Source of the DNA: Macrostomum lignano
Taxonomy: Eukaryota
Length of the DNA: 64,000 bases
Direction: 5' to 3'
Assembly: GCA_002269645.1 (NCBI GenBank)
Contig: NIVC01002163.1
Location: forward strand, 133,560-197,559
The position numbers and the translations under genes were made by a program. Below, piece by piece: positions 12,156-24,183 of this stretch (the stretch's first letter is position 1; each line of letters starts with the position of its first letter). The notes under the pieces are model-generated. The model was not told the origin of the DNA. It saw only the letters and a program-made list of their open reading frames with translations, and made no database searches.

Positions 12156-14257
12156 ATGGATCGGCAGGCCAAGATTGACAAGCTGAAGGCTCAGGTGGAC
12201 TCGATTCGCATTGGAGGCAAAGGATCCGCCCGCCGCAAGAAGAAGGTTATTCACAAGAACAATGCTACTGACGAGCGCAAGGTCACCACAACTTTAAAGA
12301 AGCTGGCAGTCAGCTCCATACCGGGCATCGAGGAGGTCAACATGTTCAAGGACAGCGGCGAAGTGATCCACTTCAACAATCCGAAAGTGCAGGCCTCGCT
12401 GCAGTCCAACACTTTCGCCATTAGTGGCCAGTCTGAGGTTAAGAATCTGACCGAGCTGCTGCCCAGCATCTGGAATCAGCTGGGCCCAGAGAACTTTGCT
12501 AACTTAAAGAAGCTGGCTACGAAATTTGGTGAGTGAACGATCCCGATCCTGAAGTGAATGACCCCGATCATGAAGGGAATGATCCCGATCCTGAAGTGAA
12601 TGATCCCGATCCTGAAGTGAATGACCCCGATCCTGAAGTGAATGATCCCGATCCTGAAGTGAATGATCCCGATCATGAAGTGAATGATCCCGATCTTGAA
12701 GTGAATGATCCCGATCCTGAAGTGAATGATCCCGATCATGAAGTGAATGATTCCGATTATGAAGTGATTGATCCCGATCATCAAGTGAATGATCCCGATC
12801 ATCAAGTGAATGGTCCCGATTATGAAGTGAACAATCCCGATTCTCAAGTGAATGGTCCCTAGCATAAAGTGAATAATCCCGATTCTGATGTGAATGGTCC
12901 CGATCATGAAGTGAATAATACCGATTCTTAAGTGAATGGTCCCGATAATGAAATGAATAATTCCGATTCTAAAGTGAATGATCCCGATCATGAAGTGAGT
13001 AATCCCGACTCTGAAGTGAATGGTCCCGATTATGAAGTGAACAATCCCGATTCTCAAGTGAATGGTCCCTAGCATAAAGTGAATAATCCCGATTCTGATG
13101 TGAATGGTCCCGATCATAAAGTGAATAATGCCGATTCTTAAGTGAATGGTCCCGATCATGAAGTGAATAATGCCGATTCTAAAGTGAATGGTCCCGATCA
13201 TGAAGTGAGTAATCCCGACTCTGAAGTGAGTAATCCCGACTCTGAAGTGAATGGTCCCGATACTGATGTGAATGGTCCCGAGCATAAAGTGAATAATCCA
13301 GACTCTGAAGTGAATGGTCCCGATACTGAAGTGAATAATCCTCCGATTCTCAGGTGAATGGTCCCGATACTGACGTGGATGATCCCGATACTGAAGGGAA
13401 TGATCCCGATACTGAAGGGAATGATCCCGATACTGAAGTGAATAATCCCCCGATTCTCAAGTGAATGGTCCCGATACTGAAGTGAATGATCCCGATACTG
13501 AAGTGAATGATCCCGATACTGAAGTGAATAATCCCCCGATTCTCAAGTGAATGGTCCCGATACTGAAGTGAATGATCCCGATACTGAAGTGAATGATCCC
13601 GATACTGAAGTGAATAATCCCCCGATTCTCAAGTGAATGGTCCCGATACTGAAGTGAATGATCCCGATACTGAAGTGAATGATCCCGATACTGAAGGGAA
13701 TGATCCCGATACTGAAGGGAATGATCCCGATACTGAAGTGAATGATCCCGATACTGAAGTGAATGATCCCGATTCTCAAGTGAATGGTCCCGATCATGAA
13801 GTGAGTAATCCCGACTCTGAAGTGAGTAATCCCGACTCTGAAGTGAATGGTCCCGATACTGAAGTGAATAATCCTCCGATTCTCAGGTGAATGGTCCCGA
13901 TACTGACGTGGATGATCCCGATACTGAAGGGAATTATCCCGATACTGAAGTGAATAATCCCCCGATTCTCAAGTGAATGGTCCCGATACTGAAGTGAATG
14001 ATCCCGATACTGAAGTGAATGATCCCGATACTGAAGGGAATGATCCCGATACTGAAGTGAATGATCCCGATACTGAAGGGAATGATCCCTTCAAACCCGT
14101 GAATGAAACCCGTGCTTCTGCAGGCTCTGGTGCTCCGAAAGCCGACGGTGAGGCCGGCGACGAATCGGCAGTCGGTGCTGGCCCGGCCGCCGCCGACGAG
14201 GACGATGTACCGGAGTTGGTTGGCAACTTTGACGGATCCTCAGCCAAGGCCGAATAA
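12156..14257 (+). CDS. BTF3: Nascent polypeptide-associated complex subunit beta / transcription factor BTF3, 168 aa (exons 12156-12528, 14124-14257)
   Basis: [14 protein letters not shown] and [34 protein letters not shown] domain. Donor G|GTGAGT at 12529, acceptor TTCTGCAG| at 14123, phase-consistent. Exon 2 supplies the conserved [13 protein letters not shown] tail. Confidence 0.95.
12533..14095. repeat. 21-bp minisatellite (GTGAATGATCCCGATCCTGAA) filling the BTF3 intron, ~70 units with higher-order blocks
   Basis: Tandem units run from the donor to ~30 nt before the acceptor. A 210-bp (10-unit) duplicated block is seen at ~12806 and ~13016. Confidence 0.95.
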
Positions 14258-17200
14258 GCAGCATTGAGTTGGTTTAAGCGCGACTTTTTTATACTACTTA
14301 AAACAGTTGACTTAAAATCGGTGCTCGCTACTGAGTTCACCTGTGTGGAAATGTTGGCCTTTGATTTGAAGCAGTGGTTTTCGATAAATAGCGTTGGACT
14401 TTATTGCCTGGCCGTTGTAATAAAAAATCTGAAAAGTTGGTATTAAAAAACGACTTTTGACATAACTTTACTGCGTTTTCCCTTGTTTCTTTACTTTACT
14501 TCTAGTACTGATAAAATTGTACATGTATAAAGGATTTTTAGAATACTAGAGAGCAAAGTAGTTATAAAGTTTTTGATGACTACATCAGCAGTAATTAAAC
14601 GTTTTTTGTATTGCATTTTAAACATGTATGTATCTTACAAACTTGGGAGGTTCACGCAATTCACGAGCGATTCCCATTGCCTTTAGGCACAGCATTTTTT
14701 GACCCAAAGAATACACATTTTGGCACTTTGCACAGATTAGTAAGGCACTTTGCTTTTGATTATTTATTCGGTTATGTATTACCCATAAAAATATCGAACT
14801 CAATGAGGGGCGCCATAAACCCGCTACTGTCTACTTTATGTAATAGTTTATGTAAGTATATATGCAAGAGAAATAAGAAAACCGACTTCAAAATAAGGTA
14901 AAATTGTACATGCCCAGTGCCGAAATACCTTTTAAATGGCACGGCTCGGCTCATTGGTTTTATAAATCCATTTTATCGTTCTTAGCTGACTGTAACAATA
15001 TGTATAATATAGATGATAAAATAGATTCATTAAACCAATGTGTCGAGCTGTGCCATAAATATTTATGATTTTTAGGTACAGGGCTATAAGAAAAGCAAAA
15101 CAAACCAAGAGGTAAGTCCGCCTCCTACATGTATATCAATTAAAGGTAGTAACAATTTTTGTGTTAAGAAATCAAAACCTATCCGCGTTGTGTACTTTTC
15201 TATGCTAGATCTTCATTTTTGCACTGTGTCAACCCTATGCATTTAAACGAAATGTACTGTGTATTAATGGTTGTTTGTTACTCAATTTAGCGGCTGCTGA
15301 AACTCGGAAAAAGGGATTGTATCTACCATGGTTGAATTGCCGGTTGTATTTGCAATAGAAGCTATGTAAAATACATTACAACTGCTTAATTTATCATACA
15401 TGGGTAGATTATGCCTAATGGAAGAAAAAATACATTCTAATTTGTTTTACATTTTTGCTATTGATTTGCATTGACGAATTCTTATTTGAAAATGTTACAC
15501 TTGCAGCTTAATGTCGATCCAACGACTCTTAAGTTAATTTATTTTGACTTACGAAAATTGCAGAAACAACTGTGTGATTATTACGTGTTATTCTGAAATG
15601 CATTGGAAGCCTGCTATTTATTTAAAGGCATGATATTCAGTTGATATTCATTTCTAATATGCTAATTGCCAACATGTTTTTGCCAAATATATCTGATAGG
15701 CCTTGTAATAGCCAGGATAGAATATTCGCATGGCAATTGTGAAACAAAAATTTGTGCACAAATTATTATGCACGTTTTTATTTTATAACTTTCTTTTAAT
15801 GCCATAGCCCCCCTCCTAGTCTAGATCTATAGTCAAGATCATAGCAAACCCCTACTAGAACAAATGCTATTAAAAAAGTTTGATTGCACCATGCGCTAGA
15901 ACAAATCCTATCAAAAAAGTTTGCTTACACTGTGTGCTAGAAAAAAAGTTTGCTCATGCCGTATAGGCCCTAATGCAACTTTTTGAATAAAAATGCAAAA
16001 AGCAATAATTTTCTATTTTAAAAAATAGGCCTCAAAACTATAATATAAAACTTAATTTGAATCTGTTTTATAAAAGGCAGTTGTTATTTGTCCGGTGACC
16101 AGACAAAAAGTGATATGGTTATTTGTCCAGTTACTGGATAATGGCTATGCTTTCTCATTCATCTAGTTAATATCAGACGAATAGGCTTTTTATTATTTAA
16201 ACAATTATTGAATTAAATTGATAATGCTTTTATAGAAGGCAGTTGTTATTCTTATGGTGAGTTGGTGACCATATAAATAACAAAATGGTTATTTTTATGG
16301 TTAACTCAAAAGACACTATGCAGGCCTATGGTCTTTACTTAATGTAACCTTTTAAATAGCAAAACTTTTTTTTATGGTCACCATAGGTAAGAAGCAAAAT
16401 GGCTATTTTTATGGTCATGTAGAAAAAATTTCTATTAAATTACAAGGTAATAGTTAACAATTACCTAAGGTCACCCATGTTGTGGTAAGCTACCATGACA
16501 AAAACCATTAGAAGTTATCATCATTTTTATTATTTATTATTTTATAATAAAATGTTTTTTTATTTTTTAAATTTAACTATCATAGTATTTGCACAGTGTT
16601 AGCAAGTTTGTCACTTCATTTAGATGGTATTTGTTTTAAGTGTTAAATGTAAAAATAACGGTCTTGCTATTTATACAGTCACCGTAACAGTAACAACTGC
16701 CTTTATAGAAACTACAAGGATGAATATTCTTAGACTTCAAAGACTTCTTACTCCTATCTTGATTATTATGTTGTTATGCTAGTGTACATCTTATATACCA
16801 AATTATGCCAAATTGAATACACTGCTTTCTTATATGTACACTAGTATACAACAAAATATTAATCAGTATACATGAAAAGTTCTAAAAAAATATAGAATAT
16901 TTATCACAAAACAAATAGCAATTTAAACAGTTAGCAATTTAACTCTTTATATACAATTTAAGTCTTTACAACAATGCAATATAATGTAAAAAAATTAAAA
17001 AGCCTTTAATATACAATAAAAAAAATTACATGCTTATTGAAGTTATTTTAGTCTTATTGAAAGTTTTGCTTTTAAGTGCAATAACTTTGTTTTACTAAAA
17101 CAAATGCATTATTCAATATTTTCAAATAAAATCATGCAAGTTTTTTAACAAATCAAAGTTTTGCACTTAAACTTTTTAAAATTGCATAAGTTTGCCAGAA

Positions 17201-19838
17201 ATATATATAAAAATGCACAATTTTGCTAGAAATGTGTTCAAAAATGCATTAAGTTTTGTCAATGCACACAGAATATGTCCAGGATTTAATATAAAAATTC
17301 AATCTTGGTTTGATAGCATCTTGAAAATAGACATTATTTCCAGGGCAAAATTTTTATATAAAATCCTAAATGCATTTTGTGTGATAACAAAAATTTGTGC
17401 AAAAGTTATTCATATGATTCTAATAAACTTGCGCAATCATAAAATTTGTATAGGTTTTATATAACTACAAAAATTGTTATTTCATTAAAAATCTTGCATA
17501 TTATACTTGTTATATTTAAAACAAAGTTTAAGCATTAAAGAAAAAATCATAAAATTTATTTTTAATTTTAGTTAGATAAGGTTCATTTTTAGTATAAATA
17601 TTTATTATTATATTTTATTGTAAAAAACTTAAAAGTTACAAACAAAATTCAAATGTAAAAGACTTGCTCAAAAAGTTTTATGCAATATGTAACTTTCATT
17701 CAAAATTTCCATGCAAATATTCTATCTTGGCATTAGTTTCAATTTAGCAAATATATATTAGGCCTATTATGCTTTTTTATAATTTTTAATTGCATTAAAA
17801 ACATAGGCCTATAAAACTGCTAATATTGATCTTTCTCATTTTTGTTCCTTTTATATATTCTATATATCTTGGTCAAAGCAGGATAATATAGATTGTAGTT
17901 GCTTAACATTAGCACAGAGAAAATTACTCAAGCAATAACCCTATCTCATGCAACCTATACATTGCCTTGCATTTTGTTAACTAATTTGCTTGCTTGCTTG
18001 ACTATAAAATATATTGTCTTGAATAATTTGCAATATAAAGAGAATTTTAAGATTATAAGTCTCATATTCATAATAAGGCCTTTGGAGGCCAGTGTGTTAA
18101 AAAGTCTTTCTGGCATATAAGCAGAAGATAATAAGAAAAAACCTATTATATCTAGTTTCTAAACTATTAGAGTCATATTAGACATACTAGAAATTAAATG
18201 TTTTAATAGTTTGTACATAAAAAAAATCAAAAAATTGTTAGAGATACTACTTAAGCATTTTGAATAAGAAAAATTTTCTATCAAAGAAATGAGATATCTA
18301 TAAAGGCATATACATAGTTTTAAATAGCAAGTATTACAATATACAACATTAGCAAAAAACTTATGTTAGTATTATATAGCAATAAATAAAAGCTTGGGAA
18401 AGAAGACACAAGGAAAATTTTAAGCACTAGGATTAGTACTTATTGTTAGTTTTTGTTTTTTATTAAGCTGGCATGTTATGTGATATATCTTTGAGGCTTT
18501 GTGGAGCTAAGACACACAAAGAAAACAAAAACTATGATTCTATTCTAAGCCACTGACTGCCTGCACTTATATTTGTAGCTAAGTTGAAAGCTAAAGCAAT
18601 GGTGGACTAATGCAAGAGTAAGATAGGAAATAAAAAATAAGCACTGATCAATTTGAAGTCTTAGATGAGCTTGTACATATATTAAAAACATACATTAAAT
18701 CGCTTTTTTGCCACACTCCCCCACCTGGGATGAAGTGATATCACTGGCATAGAGGAAAAGTTGAACAGCATGATATTTGCCTCAAAGCCAATAATTGAAT
18801 TATTTGGTAGTTATGCATTTCTAGGATTTTTATATTCTTGGTTATTGTGCAAAATGGGTTTTAGCTCTTGCTTTGAGATCAGTGATTATTAGATTATGCA
18901 GTTGGTTTTTAAACAAGATTTTTAAATATACAAATACAAAAAACTAGTATAAAAAGGCCTTCCACAAATATATATAGCCCAATTGGAAAAATAATTGTCT
19001 TAGCAATGACATTCTACATATATGTATAAATCAATCAGTATATTTGTTATTTTTATATCTAATATTGAAATATGTTTATAATCTTCAAATTAAGAATTCT
19101 TTAAATTTAAATTACATAAAAGCCTATTAACACTAAAAGAACAACATTAGACTGAATAAAGTAAAGTAAGATATGAAAATACTCTTGTTCCTATTTAATT
19201 TAGCACTTGGATCAAAGTTTTTTTATACATTTGTTCACTTGGTAAGAATGTTCTATCTATTTTATTTAGTCAAATGATTTGTTTTGGTATTAAGCTTCTT
19301 TTTAGGCTGAAATAAAAAAACAGAGCAATTGTACACCAACAATGCCAAGCCTGAAATAAGAGGGTTTAAAAATTTAACACTACTTGCTCAGCAGTGCAGC
19401 TAGAATAAAATGCCCCCACCAATGGAGGGGTGGGCTCCCACCTAACCAAAACAAGACAGAGTGTACACATGCAGCAGGGGGTGCACAGAATAGCATGCTT
19501 GGGCACTAAAGCCATCACATTTTTGCTTGGAAATCTGTAAAAAACATTAATTGAAACATACATCAATTAATGCATAATTGATCAATTCAAGAAGTCTCGA
19601 CATGAGAATCAAGCAATGGTAGAATGAAATGATACCTCAAATTAAAGTACATGGAACTGGAACTTAATAGCATCTAGCTTGAAAAAACTGGGTGTCAAAA
19701 AGTAAATTAGTCAATGACACACTATGCCACAAAAAACCTATGACGCTACACATTAAACCTTATCTTGCCGCAAATGCAACAACCTTATGATGTCTAAAAA
19801 TATGTTTTTTTCAATCTGCTTTCCAGCTAAGCGGCAAC

Positions 19839-20102
19839 ATGTCTGCAGGAGTGACAACTATCAACCCCAAGCCATTCCTTGCCAGTCTGACTGGCAAAGC
19901 TGTTGTTGTCAAATTGAAGTGGGGCATGGAATACAAAGGCTTTTTAGTGTCCGTTGATTCCTACATGAACCTGCAATTAGCTAACGCTGAGGAGTTTATT
20001 GATGGATGCCAGACAGGTCACCTGGGCGAGATGCTAATCCGCTGCAACAATGTCCTGTACATTCGGGCTGCCGACGAGGAAGAGGATATCGAAGCTGATT
20101 AA
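19839..20102 (+). CDS. SNRPF: Small nuclear ribonucleoprotein F (SmF), 87 aa, single coding exon
   Basis: [57 protein letters not shown] is the diagnostic SmF sequence. Confidence 0.96.
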   Translation: MSAGVTTINPKPFLASLTGKAVVVKLKWGMEYKGFLVSVDSYMNLQLANAEEFIDGCQTGHLGEMLIRCNNVLYIRAADEEEDIEAD

Positions 20103-20105
20103 GTC

Positions 20106-20315
20106 GTAGCTTGTTATTTATTATTGTTTATCAAATCGGTGTGAATTGTAGCTTGTTATTTATTATTGTTTATCAAATCGGTGTGAATTGTAGCTTGTTA
20201 TTTATTATTGTTTATCAAATCGGTGTGAATTGTAGCTTGTTATTTATTATTGTTTATCAAATCGGTGTGAATTGTAGCTTGTTATTTATTATTGTTTATC
20301 AAATCGGTGTGAATT
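20106..20315. repeat. 42-bp perfect tandem repeat x5 immediately after the SNRPF stop codon
   Basis: GTAGCTTGTTATTTATTATTGTTTATCAAATCGGTGTGAATT is repeated five times starting 3 nt after TAA. Confidence 0.95.
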
Positions 20316-21031
20316 AGGCTATAATATACTGTTTTCAAATTCAAATTTGGTTTTTATTGGCTATTTGTTGCGAAGCTAGCTAATTATAATGCATTTTTGC
20401 GCTTAAAAAACCGGACTTACATAACATAAAACATTTTTCTAAGTGACTTGAAAGAACTAGGCGCGAGTTTGATCAGTGAATTGCCGATTTACTTACTATT
20501 TATGCTTATTGTACCGTTTTGTTCACCTGTTGCTTTGTAATTATCTAAGTAAAACTATCATTCTTTTCTCACTCCAGTTTGCCACTATATTTGACTTCTT
20601 TATTTCAGTTTTCAATAGTTTTTTAGAAGGCTAGCTTGAATTTAGTGAATTGAGTTTGTATTTTGGAAAGTAGGCAGTAGGACAGGGTGGCTTAGCAGTT
20701 AACTCCCGACTCGCCCCAGAGGCCCGTTGAAAACGTTACCTTGACAAGAATCGCTGAAGAGTCAAGTTGCAAACAACTCGTTAAGTTACGCAGATGCGCT
20801 TTAGACGCAGCTCAATGATTCTGCAGCGTCTTTGGAGTCGTTTTAGAGTCGTCTAGAGTCACTTTTTGTCTATTTTACCTGTGTCGCTTGCAACAAATCT
20901 GTGGGCGACTCAAGTACCTCTGGGACGCTTTTTGGCCTAGCGATCGCTTTCATCGGGAAGCAGCCAGGTTTGCAAAATCTTAGAGTAAATTTTGGAGAAG
21001 CTCGATATTATCTCATTGATGCCGTGTGAAG

Positions 21032-21984
21032 ATGCCCACAGATAAAAAGGCGGCGGTTAAGAAGCCTGTCAAGAAGGGAGACTCGGCCACCAAGGCCAAG
21101 CGAGTGCCAGCCGTGCCCGAAACTGCGCTGAAGGGCAAAAAGGCCGCCATCGAAGCGCGGGCCAAGCGGCTTAGACTGAGCGTCCTGCGCCGTCGTAAGG
21201 AGCGCCAGAAGCGCATGGCGGTGTTTAAGAAGGCGGAGAAATACCAGCTGCAGTACGAGAGCATGGCTAAGTCGGAGCTGCAGAAGGCCAGGCAGGCCAA
21301 GAAGCACAGCAATTTCTACGTGCCAGCCGAAGCCAAGGTGGCCTTCGTTGTGCGAATCCGCGGTATTAACGGTCTGCACCCGAAGCCGCGCAAGATATTA
21401 CAGTTATTCCGGATGCGCCAGATCAACAACGGCGTGTTTTTGAAGCTCAACAAAGCTACTGTAAGTAGTATTTTTAGTCTAGATTTTTATTGAAGCGCCA
21501 GATTTGTTATTTGAGACGCTAATATATTTGACTGATTTGATTTATAATTGACCTGTTCTACTATAAGTAGCCTTGTAAATAGAATAGGAAAAATAAATTT
21601 CTATTCTTGACATGCCATTGCCAGATCAACATGCTGCGCATCATCGAGCCCTACATCATGTGGGGCTACCCGGACCTCAAGTCTGTCCGGTCCCTGCTCT
21701 ACAAGCGCGGCTTTGGGCGCGTCAACGGCCAGCGAGTTCCCCTGACTGACAACAAGATCGTTGAGAAGGCGCTCGGCCGCAAGGGTGTGACGTGTATCGA
21801 GGACATGATCCACCAGATTTACACCTGCGGCCCCCGATTCAAGGCCGTCACCAACTTCCTGTGGGCCTTCAAGCTCAAGACGCCGCGCGGCGGTTTCCGC
21901 AAGAAGGCGAACCACTTCGTGGAGGGCGGCGACTTCGGCAACCGGGAGTTCTACATTAACCGCATGCTGCGACGCATGGTCTGA
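21032..21984 (+). CDS. RPL7: 60S ribosomal protein L7 (uL30), 262 aa (exons 21032-21460, 21625-21984)
   Basis: [29 protein letters not shown]|[22 protein letters not shown] motifs. Donor ACT|GTAAGT and acceptor CCAG|ATC, phase 0. Confidence 0.97.
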
Positions 21985-24183
21985 TTGAGATTTAGAATGC
22001 TTCGATCGATCGAACTAAATGCTAGATACTTGCACACCCCCAAATCAGTTTGTGTCGTGAGAGGGCGGGAGACTGAGAGAATCGTGGGTTTAAACCTTTG
22101 TCGGGCGTTATTGCGTTAAGTTTAATATAATTATAGTATTCGTTCTTAGTCCTCTTCCTCTTCGACTTCTTCGCTTAGTGGTTTCCCTGGGAAAAATATC
22201 TATGGAAAAAAGCAACTCTCCCGCCGATCTCGCGACACTTGCGCGTTTTTTTGTAAAGTGCATTATCGCAACAGCGTGGGTTGTCGCCGATTTTGCACCG
22301 CAATCTGTTGTGTTTTTTCATTTCATCGGGTATATTGTGTCTAGCACTGTCTGCACTTGCCCAATGTGATGGAGAAACGAATAACAAATTTGAAAGAAAG
22401 ACTGACTGACTGAATTGTGAACAGCGCATCTGTTTCTTGGCTTGGATAAAAAATACGCGCGTGGATTGTTTCAAAGACTTTGTTATTTTTTTTTAATTCA
22501 GCAAAGATAGAGTGAGCTAATCCAGCTTCCAGAGTCCCACATCAAGGCAACCGCCCTCATCATTTCGTCCAACTAGCATCGAATCGAATTAGAAATTCGA
22601 TATTTGATCGAAGGTTTCCGGTGCCAATACCTGACAGAAAAGAGAAGGAAGGAATGAGGAAGGCAAGGCGATTTAATGCAGTTAGTCTCCAAAGTTTCGT
22701 GTTTCCTATTTTAATCTTCTGTTGGAAGCTTTGAATTCAGATTCTGCAGCAGGGTCGCTTTCTAGCTGGGAGATAATAAAACAGCGTACGTACTTGTCTC
22801 CTTGCCGCTTGTCAGATTGCAATACTCTGGCTGGAAACCAGCAATGCACTCGAGGGCGTGAGCGTTCATTTCATAAGCTCAAAACTGCAAGCCGTCGACT
22901 ACAAAATATCGATAAAAATTCGATATCGTCTCCTTCAAATTAATCAGCAAAACAAGCCTCTAGCTTGTGAAGCAACCCGATCATTGAAGGCTGGCAAATC
23001 AGAAACCAAGGTCTAAGTGTCTAAATTTCAACACGAAGAAAAAGAAGATTCTCTTTACACATTTTCCAATCCTAAATCCCTGAAAGTTAAGCGCCGTCTA
23101 TCATGCTTGACCAGAAGACCTTGACTTGATCTGAAGTCTTTCCCTGGAGCAGGACAAGCAACTCAGTATTCAAAAGTCAACTTCCCACTAGACAATTTAT
23201 TGTGGCTTCAGTCTACAATCATGAATTTGTTAGAAGGAATGAACTGAATGGCCATCGTCATCCATAAATATCCCGCATGTCCACTTCCTAAGTCATTCCT
23301 GGTTGACTGGAAGTGCAAGGAAATGAGATGAAAAATCAAAGCACTACTGCTCAACCAAATTCGATTTACTTCCTGTTCGTTGGCCTTGGCCCATCGCCTC
23401 AGCATCATCCGTGCGCTGCCTTGATTGGCGGCAGGCAGTGTTAGCAAAAGTTCTTACGAATGAAAATTGGCTACCTTTATTGGGATTTCCTTCCTAGCTC
23501 GTAAATGATGTTTAAAGCAGCAATCTTCGATGGAAAATTTCGTCCATCTTAAAGTAGGAAATCCTCTTCATGGACTCGAGTAATTTCCTGGATCTGACTT
23601 GCGTGTAGAAAAAATCTGCATTAACTGTGCATGTGTTCATCATCAACCAATCATTGTCACTCGCTGTCTCGATCATCGTCGTTCACTTTCTCAAGCGTGA
23701 CTCATCACTCCCGTGTATCATCCTTACTCACTGCTTCAAGCATCACCGTTCGAGACCCAATCAAGATCAGTCGCTTTCTCAAGCAGTGTTTTATCACTTT
23801 GGCTGTGTTCATTTGCAAATTCAATGGGAAACACTAGCAAGTACTGTTCATCATTTAACTGTGCTCATATTGACAATCTTAGTATTGCGTCATGCTTGTA
23901 TTTTAAAGATACGATCAACAATAACAATTAATTAATAATGAGGTAATTATCGCATTGTCATTTCCTAGACTATGCAATACGAATTGGCGCTCTATGTGTA
24001 GAAAGCTGAATGTCAGTTCCGAATCAAAGTAAGAAAATTTGATTTTCACTTGTAGTCGCGCATAGCGAAGTAAGTTTTAAAAGCGAGCTGTACAAGAGAC
24101 CGAATTGAGAACTATGCGGTCTCAATATTGCAAAGAAAATTTTTATGCCGTTCCTACGCTGTACTTGTTAGACGAATTGTAAA

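Noticed and set aside
12476-14340. IIHF/NDPD repeat ORFs on both strands
   Set aside because: They lie in the BTF3 intron minisatellite; only 14124-14257 is coding.
21461-21624. Possible intronic snoRNA in RPL7
   Set aside because: No convincing C box (RTGATGA)/D box pair or H/ACA hairpin was seen.
21008-21915. Minus-strand ORFs of 99-123 aa
   Set aside because: Antisense shadows of GC-rich RPL7 exons.
22700-23450. Minus-strand exon-like segments with AG/GT signals
   Set aside because: No phase-consistent stop-free model could be assembled, and no recognisable motif was found.
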